Below are positions 1 to 12,270 of a stretch of 64,000 nt of DNA, in pieces. Position 1 is the first letter of the stretch, and each line of letters opens with the position of its first letter. The stretch is from Mobula hypostoma. Lineage: Eukaryota. The stretch is from contig NC_086104.1 in the NCBI RefSeq assembly GCF_963921235.1, positions 148,862,001-148,926,000 of the forward strand. The letters run 5' to 3'. A program made the position numbers and the translations under genes. The notes below the pieces were generated by a model. It was not told the DNA's origin and did no database searches. It saw nothing but the letters and a program-made list of their open reading frames with translations.

Positions 1-2
1 GC

Positions 3-212
3 GACAGTGAGAGTAGGAATGCGATGAGGTGGAGGATAAATGCGTGGCTGAGGGATTGGAGCAGGGGGCAGGGATTCAAGTTTTTGGATCATTGGGACCT
101 CTTTTGGCGCAGGTGTGACCTGTACAAAAAGGACGGGTTACACTTAAATCCTAGGGGGACCAATATCCTGGCAGGGAGATTAGCGGGGGCTACTGAGGTG
201 ACTTTAAATTAG
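3..212 (+). CDS. CR1 ORF1 C-terminus (esterase-like domain)
   Basis: GFKFLDHW...DGLHLNPRGTNILA...TLN*. Confidence 0.85.
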   Translation, partial: DSESRNAMRWRINAWLRDWSRGQGFKFLDHWDLFWRRCDLYKKDGLHLNPRGTNILAGRLAGATEVTLN

Positions 213-217
213 AATGG

Positions 218-2794
218 TTGGGGGGTGGGAATCAAATTAAAGCGGCTAGGTGTGAGGAGGTTAGTTCACAACAGAGGGATGGGAACCAGTGCAGAGAGAC
301 AGAGGGGTGTAAAGTGAGCGTAGAAGCAAAAAGTACAAAGGGGAAAAGTAAAAGTGGCAGGCCGACAAATCCAGGGCAAGCATTAAAAAGGGCTAAGAGA
401 GTTGTAAAAGAGCGCCTGAAGGCTTTATGTGTCAATGCAAGGAGCATTCGTAATAAGGTGGATGAATTGAAAGTGCAGATTGTTATTAATGATTATGATA
501 TAGTTGGGATCACAGAGACATGGCTCCAGGGTGACCAGGGATGGGAGCTCAACGTTCAGGGATATTCAATATTCAGGAGGGATAGACATGAAGGAAGGGG
601 AGGTGGGGTGGGGTTGCTGGTTAAAAAAGAGATTAACGCAATAGAAGGGAAGGACATAAGCCGGGAAGATGTGGAATCGATATGGGTAGAGCTGCGTAAC
701 ACTAAGGGGCAGAAGACGCTGGTGGGAGTTGTGTACAGGCCACCTAACAGTAGTAGTGAGGTCGGAGATGGTATTAAACAGGAAATTAGAAATGTGTGCA
801 ATAAAGGAACAGCAGTTATAATGGGTGACTTCAATCTACATGTAGACTGGGTGAACCAAATTGGTAAAGGTGCTGAGGAAGAGGATTTCTTGGAATGTAT
901 GCGGGATGGTTTTTTGAACCAACATGTCGAGGAACCGACTAGAGAGCAGGCTATTCTGGACTGGGTTTTGAGCAATGAGGAAGGGTTAATTAGCGATCTT
1001 GTCGTGAGAGGCCCCTTGGGTAAGAGTGACCATAATATGGTGGAATTCTTCATTAACATGGAGAGTGACGTAGTTAATTCAGAAACAAAGGTTCTGAACT
1101 TAAAGAGGGGTAACTTTGAAGGTATGAGACGTGAATTAGCCAAGATAGACTGGCAAGTGACACTTCAAGGATTGACGGTGGATATGCAATGGCAGGCATT
1201 TAAAGGTTGCATGGATGAACTACAACAATTGTTCATCCCAGTTTGGCAAAAGAATAAATCAAGGAAGGTAGTGCACCCGTGGCTGACAAGAGAAATTAGG
1301 GATAGTATCAATTCCAAAGAAGTAGCATACAAATTAGCCAGAGAAAGTGGCTCACCTGAGGACTGGGAGAAATTCAGAGTTCAGCAGAGGAGGACAAAGG
1401 GCTTAATTAGGAAGGGGAAAAAAGATTATGAGAGAAAACTGGCAGAGAACATAAAAACGGACTGTAAAAGCTTTTATAGATATGTAAAAAGGAAAAGACT
1501 GATAAAGACAAATGTAGGTCCCCTGCAAACAGAAACAGGTGAATTGATTATGGGGAGCAAGGACATGGCAGACCTATTGAATAATTACTTTGGTTCTGTC
1601 TTCACTAAGGAGGACATAAATAATCTTCCAGAAATAGTAAGGGACAGAGGGTCCAGTGAGATGGAGGAACTGAGCGAAATACATGTTAGTAGGGAAGTGG
1701 TGTTAGGTAAATTGAAGGGATTGAAGGCAGATAAATCCCCAGGGCCAGATGGTCTGCATCCAAGAGTGCTTAAGGAAGTGGCCCAAGAAATAGTGGATGC
1801 ATTAGTGATAATTTTTCAAAACTCGTTAGATTCTGGACTAGTTCCTGAGGATTGGAGGGTGGCTAATGTAACCCCACTTTTTAAAAAAGGAGGGAGAGAG
1901 AAACCGGGGAATTATAGGCCGGTTAGCCTAACGTCGGTGGTGGGGAAACTGCTGGAGTCAGTTATCAAGGATGTGATAACAGCACATTTGGAAAGCGGTG
2001 AAATGATCGGACAAAGTCAGCATGGATTTGTGAAAGGAAAATCATGTCTGACGAATCTCATAGAATTTTTTGAGGATGTAACCAGTAGAGTGGATAGGGG
2101 AGAACCAGTGGATGTGGTATATTTGGATTTTCAAAAGGCTTTTGACAAGGTCCCACACAGGAGATTAGTGTGCAAACTTAAAGCACACGGTATTGGGGGT
2201 AAGGTATTGGTATGGGTGGAGAATTGGTTAGCAGACAGGAAGCAAAGAGTGGGAATAAACGGGACCTTTTCAGAATGGCAGGCGGTGACTAGTGGGGTAC
2301 CGCAAGGCTCAGTGCTGGGACCCCAGTTGTTTACAATATATATTAATGACTTGGATGAGGGAATTAAATGCAGCATCTCCAAGTTTGCGGATGACACAAA
2401 GCTGGGTGGCAGTGTTAGCAGTGAGGAGGATGCTAAGAGGATGCAGGGTGACTTGGATAGGTTGGGTGAGTGGGCAAACTCATGGCAGATGCAATTTAAT
2501 GTGGATAAATGTGAAGTTATCCACTTTGGTGGCAAAAATAGGAAAACAGATTATTATCTGAATGGTGGCCGATTAGGAAAAGGGGAGGTGCAACGAGACC
2601 TGGGTGTCATTATACACCAGTCATTGAAAGTGGGCATGCAGGTACAGCAGGCGGTGAAAAAGGCGAACGGTATGCTGGCATTTATAGCGAGAGGATTCGA
2701 GTACAGGAGCAGGGAGGTACTACTGCAGTTGTACAAGGCCTTGGTGAGACCACACCTGGAGTATCATGGCAAACTGTTGAGGCCAGTTCATTAG
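218..2794 (+). CDS. CR1 ORF2: AP endonuclease and reverse transcriptase (C-terminus frameshifted by deletion)
   Basis: NARS, ITETW, YRPP, GDFN, SDH (APE); [31 protein letters not shown] (RT); uninterrupted 858 codons. Confidence 0.93.
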   Translation: MGGGNQIKAARCEEVSSQQRDGNQCRETEGCKVSVEAKSTKGKSKSGRPTNPGQALKRAKRVVKERLKALCVNARSIRNKVDELKVQIVINDYDIVGITETWLQGDQGWELNVQGYSIFRRDRHEGRGGGVGLLVKKEINAIEGKDISREDVESIWVELRNTKGQKTLVGVVYRPPNSSSEVGDGIKQEIRNVCNKGTAVIMGDFNLHVDWVNQIGKGAEEEDFLECMRDGFLNQHVEEPTREQAILDWVLSNEEGLISDLVVRGPLGKSDHNMVEFFINMESDVVNSETKVLNLKRGNFEGMRRELAKIDWQVTLQGLTVDMQWQAFKGCMDELQQLFIPVWQKNKSRKVVHPWLTREIRDSINSKEVAYKLARESGSPEDWEKFRVQQRRTKGLIRKGKKDYERKLAENIKTDCKSFYRYVKRKRLIKTNVGPLQTETGELIMGSKDMADLLNNYFGSVFTKEDINNLPEIVRDRGSSEMEELSEIHVSREVVLGKLKGLKADKSPGPDGLHPRVLKEVAQEIVDALVIIFQNSLDSGLVPEDWRVANVTPLFKKGGREKPGNYRPVSLTSVVGKLLESVIKDVITAHLESGEMIGQSQHGFVKGKSCLTNLIEFFEDVTSRVDRGEPVDVVYLDFQKAFDKVPHRRLVCKLKAHGIGGKVLVWVENWLADRKQRVGINGTFSEWQAVTSGVPQGSVLGPQLFTIYINDLDEGIKCSISKFADDTKLGGSVSSEEDAKRMQGDLDRLGEWANSWQMQFNVDKCEVIHFGGKNRKTDYYLNGGRLGKGEVQRDLGVIIHQSLKVGMQVQQAVKKANGMLAFIARGFEYRSREVLLQLYKALVRPHLEYHGKLLRPVH

Positions 2795-3682
2795 CTATGT
2801 TTAAAAGGAAGTTAGATATGGCCCTTGTGGCTACAGGGGTCAGGGGGTATGGAGGGAAGGCTGGGTTCTGAGTTGGATGATCAGCCATGATCATAATAAA
2901 TGGCGGTGCAGGCTCGAAGGGCCGAATGGCCTACTCCTGCACCTATTTTCTATGTTTCTATGTTTCTAATATTATTATGATACTTTGTTATAATTTGATA
3001 TTATTAAGTTGCTAAGTAAACAAATGGAGGCATTCGTATGTTAAGGGTAAACATATTTGTTTAGCATAATGCCCCAGTAAAAAACAAGTTGATACACTAT
3101 TAAAAAAGGGGAGGAGTGTACCATATAGCCTACAGTATAAAAGGGACTACTTTATGTTTAAGTAACACGTCGTTGAATGCGCTATTAGGCGCGTATTGAT
3201 CTCTATGTGTGTGCCGAGTTCGGATTATGCCAGTAAAGAACCATGAACCTTGGCTCCCGTCTCCAACGTTTTTATTAATAACATTGTTGTGTAACCAGGG
3301 CAAATACACAACAGTGTGCAGGTTCAAAGTAAATGTATTATCAAAGTACTTAAATGTCACAATACTACTCTGAGATTTCTTGCAGGCATTTACAGGAAAA
3401 TAAAGATACCATTTATGAATACCCATAAGTAAGTATAAAACAAAGTAAGAACTAAAAACAATGACTGACAAACAATCAAAGTGTGAAAGAAAACAAATCA
3501 TGCAAATAATAACAAAAAACAATTAATACTGTCCTTTAGGTTATGGAATGAGTTTAATGTTGAGGAATGTGAAATTATCCACGCTGGTTCAGGTGCCTTC
3601 TGGTCCAAGAACCGGATGTCCTTGAACCTTTCCTAATCGTGTACCTCTATATACGTTGAGTGAATTTTTACCATATAGCCAT

Positions 3683-6600
3683 ATAACAATTACAGCATGG
3701 AAACAGGCCATCTCGGCCCTTCTAGTCCGTGCCAAATTCTTACTCTCACCTCCGCAACCGTGACTCGGCTTAAGGACTTGTTTCAGCAAGGAGCCCGGCC
3801 ATCCAGGATTAAGTGTCGGCTTTGGGGCCCGTCCCAATCGACAGCCCAGGTCCCTGGCGGCTGGAAGTGGCAGCGGAGCCTCCCCCATTACTCAGCCCGA
3901 ACCGGAGCGCACGACAACGCGACCCGCAGATCAATCCCCATGGGACGCGTCCTCCTACCTCAAAGAGCTGACAACAACACACTGCATCGATGGAAACCTG
4001 GAAAGATGCACTATTTACCGAGGAAGCTTGGGAAAAGAGCTGGGCTGCTGGTCAGATTGAAGCTGAGGGGCTTCAGGGTCCCTATGCCCACCATCCTACT
4101 CGCTAATGTGCAAGCCATAGAGAACAAGGTGGATGATCTTAAAGGGAGACTCTCCTACTGCAGGGAAATGCAGAACTGCTGTGTATTCTGTTTCACCGAG
4201 GCCTGGCTCTCCCCTGCCTCCTCCGACTGTGCCATCCGACTGGAGGGATTTTCGATCCATCGGATGGACCGCACGGCGTCTTCGGGCAAGATGAGGGGAG
4301 ATGGTGTCTGCCTACTGATCAACACTGCGTGGTGCTCGGACACAGTGGCACTGACAAGCTCCTGCAGCCCGGACCTAGAACACCTGTCGGTGAAGTGTCG
4401 TCCCTACTATCTACCACTGGAATTCACCTCGGTCATACGGACAGCGGTCTACATTCCCCCCCAGGCGGACATGGCATGTGCTCTGAACATACTGTATGCC
4501 AACATCAGTGAACGTGAGACCAGGTATCCGGAGGCTTTGCTCATTACAGCCGGGGACGTTAACCAGGCCAACCTCAGAAAGGCGCTGCCAAAGTTATACC
4601 AACATGTCTCCTGCCCCACTAGAGGCCCGAATATACTTGACCACTGCTACACAGCAGTCAAGGATGCCTACCCTCCATCCCACAACCTCACTTCGGAAAA
4701 TCGGACTATCAGGCCATACTCCTCCTCCCGGCTTACAAACAGAAACTGAAGCGGGAGGTCAAAAGTAGTGTCGCGTTGGACGGAGGAAACGGATGAGGTC
4801 CTCCATGACTGCTTTGAATCGGTGGACTGGTTAGTATTCAAGGACTCGGCAGCTAACCTCGATGAGCATGCCTCAGCTCTCACGGACTTTATTTGGAAAT
4901 GCACGGAGGACTGTGTGTCTCGCAAGACGATCCGGGTATTCCCTAACCTAAAACCTTGGATGAATTATGAGGTCAAGTCCCTTTTAAAAGCTAGAGCTGT
5001 GGCTTTTAGGTCCGGGGATACCAGTCGCTACACGGAATCCAGGCATGAACTCCGGAAAGCCACTAAGGACGCCAAGAGGCAATATCGAGCCAAGTTGGAA
5101 GCCCAGGCTAACCAAAGGGATGCCAGTAGACTATGGCAGGGTCTAAATGAGATCACTGGGCGCAAAGAAAACGCTGGGAATATCAATAACTGTGGCGCTT
5201 CTCTTCCTGATGAACTTAACGTATTCTACGCAAGATTCGAACAGAAGAGGAGCGTCCCGCTCCCTCCGGATGAACCGGACCTGGTGACATTGAGTTTCAT
5301 CGTCACTGAGGAGGACTTTAGAAGGGCCTTCCTGAAGATAAGTCCAAGGAAGACGACGTGCCCAGATGGCGTCCCAGGACGGGTTCTCCGGGCCCGTGCA
5401 AGCGAGCTAGCTGGAGTGTTTGCTGACATCTTCAACTGCTCCTTGCTTCAGTCTAAGATCCCCTCGTGTTTTAAGAAGGCAATGATAATCCCAGTGCCGA
5501 AGAAGAGCAAGGTGGCATGCCTGAATGACTATCGATCTGTGGCTCTGACATCAATTGCTATGAAGTGCTTCGAGTGATTGGTTATGGCACACATCAACCA
5601 CAGCCTACTGGTCAACTTCGACGCTTTGCAATTCGCCTACTGGAGCAACAGGTCAACGGCAGATGCCATCTCTCTGGCCCTACATTCCTCCTTAGAACAC
5701 CTGGAGAATAAAGACGGATATGTAAGGCTCCTTTTCATTGACTACAGCTCTGCCTTTAATACCATCATTCCAAATAAACTGATTCCTAAGCTCCGGAACC
5801 TGGGCCTTAGCGCTCAGATCTGCAGCTGGATCTTCAACTTCCTCACAGACAGGACCCAGGCTGTAAAAATAGGGGACAAGCTCTCCCCTACAATCACTCT
5901 GAGCACTGGTGCCCCACAAGGCTGTGTACTCAGCCCCCTGCTGTACTCACTGCACACCCATGATTGTGTAGCCAAGTTTCCATCAATTTCAATATATAAG
6001 TTTGCTGACAACACAACAATTGTAAGCTGTATCTCGGGTAATGATGAGTTCGAGTACAGAGAGGAAATTAAGAACCTGGTGGCATGGTGCGAAGACAATA
6101 ACCTATCCCTCAACGTCAGCAAGACAAAGGAATTGGTTGTTGACTTCAGAATGAGTAGCGGACCGCACGACCCAATTTACATCGGTGGTGCGCGAGTGGA
6201 ACAGGTCAAAAGCTTTAAGTTCCTCGGGGTCAATATCACAAATGACCTGACTTGGTCCAACCAAGCAGAGTTCACTGCCAAGAAGGCCCACCAGCACCTT
6301 TACTTCCTCAGAAAACTAAAGAAATTTGGCGTGTCCCCTAAAACCCTCACCAATTTTTATAGATGCACCGTAGAAAGCATTCTTCTAGGGTGCATCACAA
6401 CCTGGTATGGAAGTTGTCCTGTCCAAGACCGAAAGCTGCAGAAGATCATGAACACGGCGCATCACATCACACAAACCAATCTTCCGTCCGTGGACTCACT
6501 TTACACCGCACGCTGTCGGAGCAGTGCTGCCAGGATAATCAAGGACACGACCCACCCAACCAACACACTTTTCGTCCCTCTTCCCTCTGGGAGAAGGCTC

Positions 6601-7937
6601 AGGAGCTTGAAGACTCGTACGGCCAGATTTGGGAACAGCTTCTTTCCAATTGTGATAAGACTGCTGAATGGATCCTGACCCGGATCTGGGCCATACCCTC
6701 CAAATATCCGGACCTGCCTCTCGGTTTTTTTGCACTACCTTACTTTCCATTTTTCTATTTCCTGTTTATGATTTATAACTTAAATTTTTAATATTTACTA
6801 ATTTTTACTATTTTTAATATTTATTATTTGTAATCCAGGGAGTGGGAAGCTCAGAATCAAATATCACTGTGATGATCGTACGTTCTAGTATCAATTGTTC
6901 GGCGACAATAAAGTATAAAGTAGTCTCACCGACCTGCACTCAGCCCATAACGCTCCATTTCTTTCCTGTCCATATATCTGTCCAACCCAGCTTTAAACGA
7001 CAACATCGAACCTGCCTCAACCACTTCTGCTGGAAGCTCGTTCCACACAGTTACCACTCTCTGAGTAAAGAAACTCCCCCTCACATTACCCGTAAACTTT
7101 TGTCCTTTAACTCTCAACTCATGTCCTCTTGTTTGAATCTTCTCCACTCTCAAAGGAAAAAGCCTATCCACGTTAACTCTATCAATCCCCTTCATAATTT
7201 TAAACACCTCTATCAAGTCCACCCTCAACTTTCTACGCTTCAAAGAATAAAGACCTAACTTGTTCAACCTTTCTCTGTAACTTAGGAGATGAAACCCAGG
7301 CAACATTTTAGTAAACCTCCTCTGTACTCTCTCAATTTTATTGACATCCTCCCTATACTTCGGTGACCAGAACTGTACACAATACTCCAAATTTGGCCTT
7401 ACCAATGCCTTGTACAATTTCAACATTACATCCCAACTCCTATACTGAATGCTCTGATTAATAAAGGCTAGCATACCAAAAGCTATCTTCACCACCCCAT
7501 CCACATGAGATTCCACCTACAGGGAACTGTACCATTATTCCTAGATCCCTCTGTTCTACAGCATTCTTTAATGCCCTACCATTTACCATGTATGTCTTAT
7601 TTTGATTAGTCCTACCAAAATGTGGCACCTCACATTTTTCAGCATTAAACTCTGTCTGCCATCTTTCAGCCCACCTCTTCTAACTGGCCTAAATCTCTCT
7701 GCAAGCTTTGAAAACCTACTTCATCATCCACAACTCCACCTATCTTAGTATCATCTGCATAATTTACTAATCCAATTTACCACTCCATCATCCAGATCAT
7801 TAATGTATATGACAAACAACATTAGACCCAGTACAGATCCCTGAGGCACACCACTAGTCACCGGCCTCCAATCTGACAAACAGTTATCCACCACTACCCT
7901 CTGGCGTCTCCCATCCAGCCACTGCTGGATCCATTTT
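3683..7937 (-). mobile_element. 5'-truncated CR1 split by the Rex1 insertion (pieces 3683-3750 and 6921-7937)
   Basis: ORF 6926-7516 (LYKALVRPNLEYCVQFWSP...FFTQRVV); its 3' UTR continues on the left side of the Rex1. Confidence 0.85.
3751..6920 (+). mobile_element. Near full-length Rex1/Babar LINE, disrupted by frameshifts and a stop
   Basis: ORFs 3697-4749 (ILLANVQ, FTEAW, YIPP, LDHCY), 4768-5577 and 5578-6678 ([25 protein letters not shown]); CAATAAAGTA tail. Confidence 0.92.
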
Positions 7938-8099
7938 ACACGCTCTATATTTTCTATATAATTCAGTACCGTCTGTCAAATCGAGCAGCCTTCAGAACAA
8001 AAGTCTAAGCTTAGCTACTGGGGTCCTGGTTCTTGATCCTCCAGAATATTCCGCATGGAGTTTAAACTGGAGGTGGCGGAGTCAAGGCAACCATTTGAC

Positions 8100-8560
8100 G
8101 TTGCTTACCTGTTAACACCCACCGGCCTGTCATCCATCCTTCACCGCACGGCGCACGCAAGAGCTTCCTCGATGCAAAGTAATAATTTTGAAAAGTAACA
8201 AGACACCCCTGAAAGCTGCTGATTACTGTAATTCCATGTATTTTTTTTAAATTTAGGCAGGAGCCCGCGGCTGGGACAACCGTCCAATCATTACGGGGAG
8301 CGAAGATCATGTGGGGTAGCCCCGTCCAATCGAAGCAGAGGCGCGAGATGAGACGGTTGCTCGTCGGGGCACGTGATTGAGTTTGAAAGAAGCGGTGCGC
8401 CTGCGTAGTTCTCCGCCACCCGGCTGTCAGTCAGTACGCACGCGCGCCGCTGCCGTCACCTGTCCTAGAGAGCCGGTCGGCTCCTTTGCTGATGTTAACG
8501 GGGTATACACGAACGCCCAATAAAGGTTCAACCCGACCCAGCAGAGCCACCCCATTACAT
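8100..8560. promoter_or_regulatory. CpG-island-like promoter of an unidentified gene
   Basis: High CpG density; CCAAT at 8284 and 8326; E-box CACGTG at 8370; CHR-like TTTGAA at 8382; consensus minus-strand donor CAG|GTAAGC at 8109/8108. Confidence 0.6.
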
Positions 8561-11500
8561 TGAATCATGCAGATGATGAGATCTGAAATAGAAACAGGAA
8601 ATGTTGAAAACAGCATCCTTAGGAGTCTGCGGAGATTCGGCATGATATAAAAGTTGGACAAACTTCTACAGATGTGTAGTGTTGAGTACTGTATATTGAC
8701 TGGCTGCATGGGAGAGGGCCAATATAAAGAGCAAAGATGGAAAAGGCAGCCAGCCGCAACTCCATACCTGCTTCTATCTGCCGTAATCCTTCACCCCTCC
8801 TCAGCCCATCTTATCTGAACTCCTTGCTTCCCTCTTTATACTGTCCCTTTTTCCTCTCCACTCTCAGAGTATGTATATATATCACCATATACTACCCCAT
8901 GATACATTTTCTTGCTGGTATTCACGGTAGTTACAAAAATACAATTGGCAAAAGTAACTCATTATTGGATCTATAATACTGGTACTTAGTGGGTCAGGTA
9001 GCATTTGTGAAGGGAGATGAGCAGTCACTCACAGGAATCACTTGCCTAGTGATTCCCTCATCCTACCCTCACCCACCCCTCCCCTTCACCAGGCACTCTA
9101 CCCGTGTAACCATAGGAACTGCTACACCTGCCCCTCTTTCTCCTCCTCCGTTACCACCATCCAGTGCCCTAAACAGCCCTTCCATTTGAATCCCTCGGTG
9201 TCATTTACCTCCCCACAGATGCTGAGTACCACCAGCAGATTGTTTGTTGCTCGAAGTTCCCGTGGAATCTTTTCCTTCTTTACCAAATATTAAGGTATGA
9301 TCGAACTCTACATACCTTTGATCAATACCACTAGTTAACAAAAATCCATCAATCTTACTTTTAAATTTGCCCCTTATCGATTGTCATTTGTTGAAGAGTT
9401 TCATATTTCTACTGCTCTAACACCTCTGACAAGCTGGTTCTAAGGCTATTCCCTCAGCCTCAAAAGTTCTAACCAGCAGTAATACTTGCCATAAAAATCC
9501 ACAGGGAAAAAAAAATGATGCCCCACACCGACGAAGATCAATCATTTTCATGGGGAAGTTACAAAGTAGGGTCTTTCTACAGATCTTACTAGATACAAGC
9601 ATTTCACACCACACTTAAGGGTCAAGATGCTACAGGAAGGACCAATCAAGCTCACCTTCCCTTTGTAGGAAGTATACACACAGTCTTTTCCCAGGACTGG
9701 TGTAACAAGAACTAGAGGGCATACATTTAAGGTGAGAGGGAGAGTTCTAATAGGAACCTAAGGAACACTATTTCATCCAGAAGGTGATCCATATTTTTTA
9801 AAATTTTATTTAAAGACACACATGGTAACAAGCACATAATGCCCAATTACACCCATATGACTGATCTACTAACCCTATGTTTTTGGAATATGGGAGGAAA
9901 CCCACACTGTCACCAGAAGAACGTACAAACTCCTTACAGACAGCAGCAGGAATTGAACCAGGGTCATTGTCGCAGTAAAGCATTACACTAACTGCTACAC
10001 TACCATTCTATGCCTATACAGAATGAGCTGCCAGGGAAAGTGGTGCAGGCAGGCACACCAACAACATTTAAAAGGCTCTTGGGCAGGTACATGGATAGAA
10101 AAGCTTTAAAAGGATAAGGGTCAAATGCAGGTTAATGAGACTAGCTTAGGTAGGCATCTTGATCAGCATGGATGGTTTGGCAGAAGCGCCCTGCGTTTGC
10201 AGAATAACCATGTACTGTAGCAAGACGGACAATAAGAACATTTAATGTGGAGGCATCAGTCCTGTCTTTGTTAGACCATTTCATTTGCTTGGTGGGTTGA
10301 GTCACAAAGATGTTTCTTTATTGCAGCTAGTCTACTGACTTAGTTTCAGATTTCTGCCAGGTCCCACTGAAGCTTGATGCTGACTACCCAATTTTGGAAA
10401 TCTCAAACATCTCACTACCCCTGCCCCTCAAAAGGAAAAAGAGGACAGAGGAATTGTTTTGATGAAAGTAGGGAAGGTAAATTTGTCTGCTTCAAACCTG
10501 GGAGAACAATGTGCAACGAGGACGAATTTTCTCACAATTCCTCAGAATTTCCTCATACATTCTGTTAGCAGAACATTTGAAATGTGGAAGAAACCCAAAA
10601 ATACATGCAACTCTTTCTTGATTGAGAATAAATCTGTGACTGTGATTTTCCTCCAAACACTATTCTTTTTAATTCTGAAGATATTTGCTTTTTAGACCCT
10701 AGTAGAGTTAACTTACCCAGGCATTTAACACCAATTTTAACCAGTAGAGCAAAAAGGTAAAGCGAAAGAATAAATTCATATAGAACACAAAATTCCAAAA
10801 TGCACTCTGCATCTGAGCTACTTTACCATTTTAATTCCCATCAATGGTGACTTTTGTGCTCAGAGTCTTCTGATTTTAGAATCACGTCCTGAAAGACCTC
10901 AAATTTAACTCTTTATTATCCACTGCACAACAGAAGCTGCCATATGTCACATCTGAAATGCAGGTGTTTCCATCTAGAATTTTACAAAGTTGAAGTCAGC
11001 CAGAGTTGTTTCCTGTGTATAGAGGCTTTCTCTACACTCCTGGTTAAAAAGTGAATGATTTCAGAAGGGGGAATAGAGAATGGAAAATGAACAGGCATAT
11101 GGGATTAATACAATTCTTAACATGAATCTTGAGCAGCAGAATAAAGCAGATGAATAAAGATCCTCCGAGATCCACATAGTCTGTGACATCTGCTGTGAAA
11201 GCCAGAACCAGTGGGTGGTACTATTGAATTGTCGAACCCTGCTTAGCCTCCCCATCTGTTGAGTTCCAGTGTCATTTACCTCCTAGGATGAGCATTCAAT
11301 GCATACAGCCTGTTGCACATGAATAAATGGAAAGCTTTGCCGCCTTAAGATTATTACATAGGAATAGGAAAAGGACATTCTGCCCCTTGAAGTTCTCCTG
11401 TCCCTGTATAACATGCTTAAGGGACTAAATGACCTTGACAGTCATTCTGCACCATTACAATACCAGTATTTTACTCAGGTGAAATCGATCTGTTATCTTG

Positions 11501-12183
11501 GAATGGCAAGGTTATAGATCAAAATCCTGTTTTTTTCAGAACTGAGGTTGAATGGACATTGTGACTTTAGCACGATGAGCTACTTGCATTAAACAAGTTC
11601 TATGTGTATATTTCAGATAGAATATTGGAACCTCTTTGAAGTTATTTTGATATAAAAATGTTAGTGTGTACACGCATGAGTGTGAGAATGTGCGTGCACA
11701 TCAGAGAGTGAGAGTGTGTGTATGTATGAGGTAGAGAAATTGATTAAATGATGGTAAACAGTGGAGACCAGTGTGATGGGGAGGCTTTAGTTTAATAAGT
11801 AACTTGTGGCCCCAATGAGATTGGGCTTTCTCATCTCCTGTAGGCTTCCAGGTTTCCAAGTCTTTGGTTTGCAGCTTAATAACTGAACCAGCAAGATCAA
11901 GTTTGGAAATGCTGCATATAGGGAATTAACTGAATAATGCACAACACTGCTGCGTCAATAGAAAGCATTTCTTAAGGCTAAACGACATAAGAATTCAATA
12001 CATCTTTGAAGTATCTTCTCCTGTATAAATGGAGAAATGTTTCAGACAATGCCATTGTCCTGATGTCAAGCACAGAAATGCAGCTCAATACTTTCAGTCT
12101 CCAAGAGGTAGGCAAGGACCTTGTGCTGATGGTAAGGCACAAACATAAAAATGTCTGATTTGCATATAGTCAAGTCCTCTCTT

Positions 12184-12270
12184 TCACGGTTCTGCAGGCT
12201 TCTCTTTAGTTTTTGTCTTTTTCCTCCTTGTGAGAGTAAAGTTCTTCAGTGGATTCTGTTTTTTGTAAGC
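12184..12270 (-). CDS. DDX56: DDX56 last coding exon ([28 protein letters not shown])
   Basis: TTCTTCACAG| acceptor; conserved NPL..F motif; TGA at 12184-12186. Confidence 0.9.
   Translation of the reverse strand, partial: AYKKQNPLKNFTLTRRKKTKTKEKPAEP

Larger units (their letters stand above)
1..2968 (+). mobile_element. Young CR1-clade LINE (5' end outside window) with a 3' internal deletion
   Basis: ORF1 end with SGNH-esterase motif DGLHLN; ORF2 with APE and RT; 3' UTR ending in (TTTCTATG)n. Confidence 0.95.

Noticed and set aside
556-2736. Antisense ORFs inside CR1 ORF2
   Set aside because: Shadow ORFs of a long RT reading frame with no independent features.
10912-10917. Minus-strand AATAAA as the DDX56 poly(A) signal
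   Set aside because: Plausible, but an ATTAAA at 11791-11796 is an alternative; cannot choose without 3' end data.
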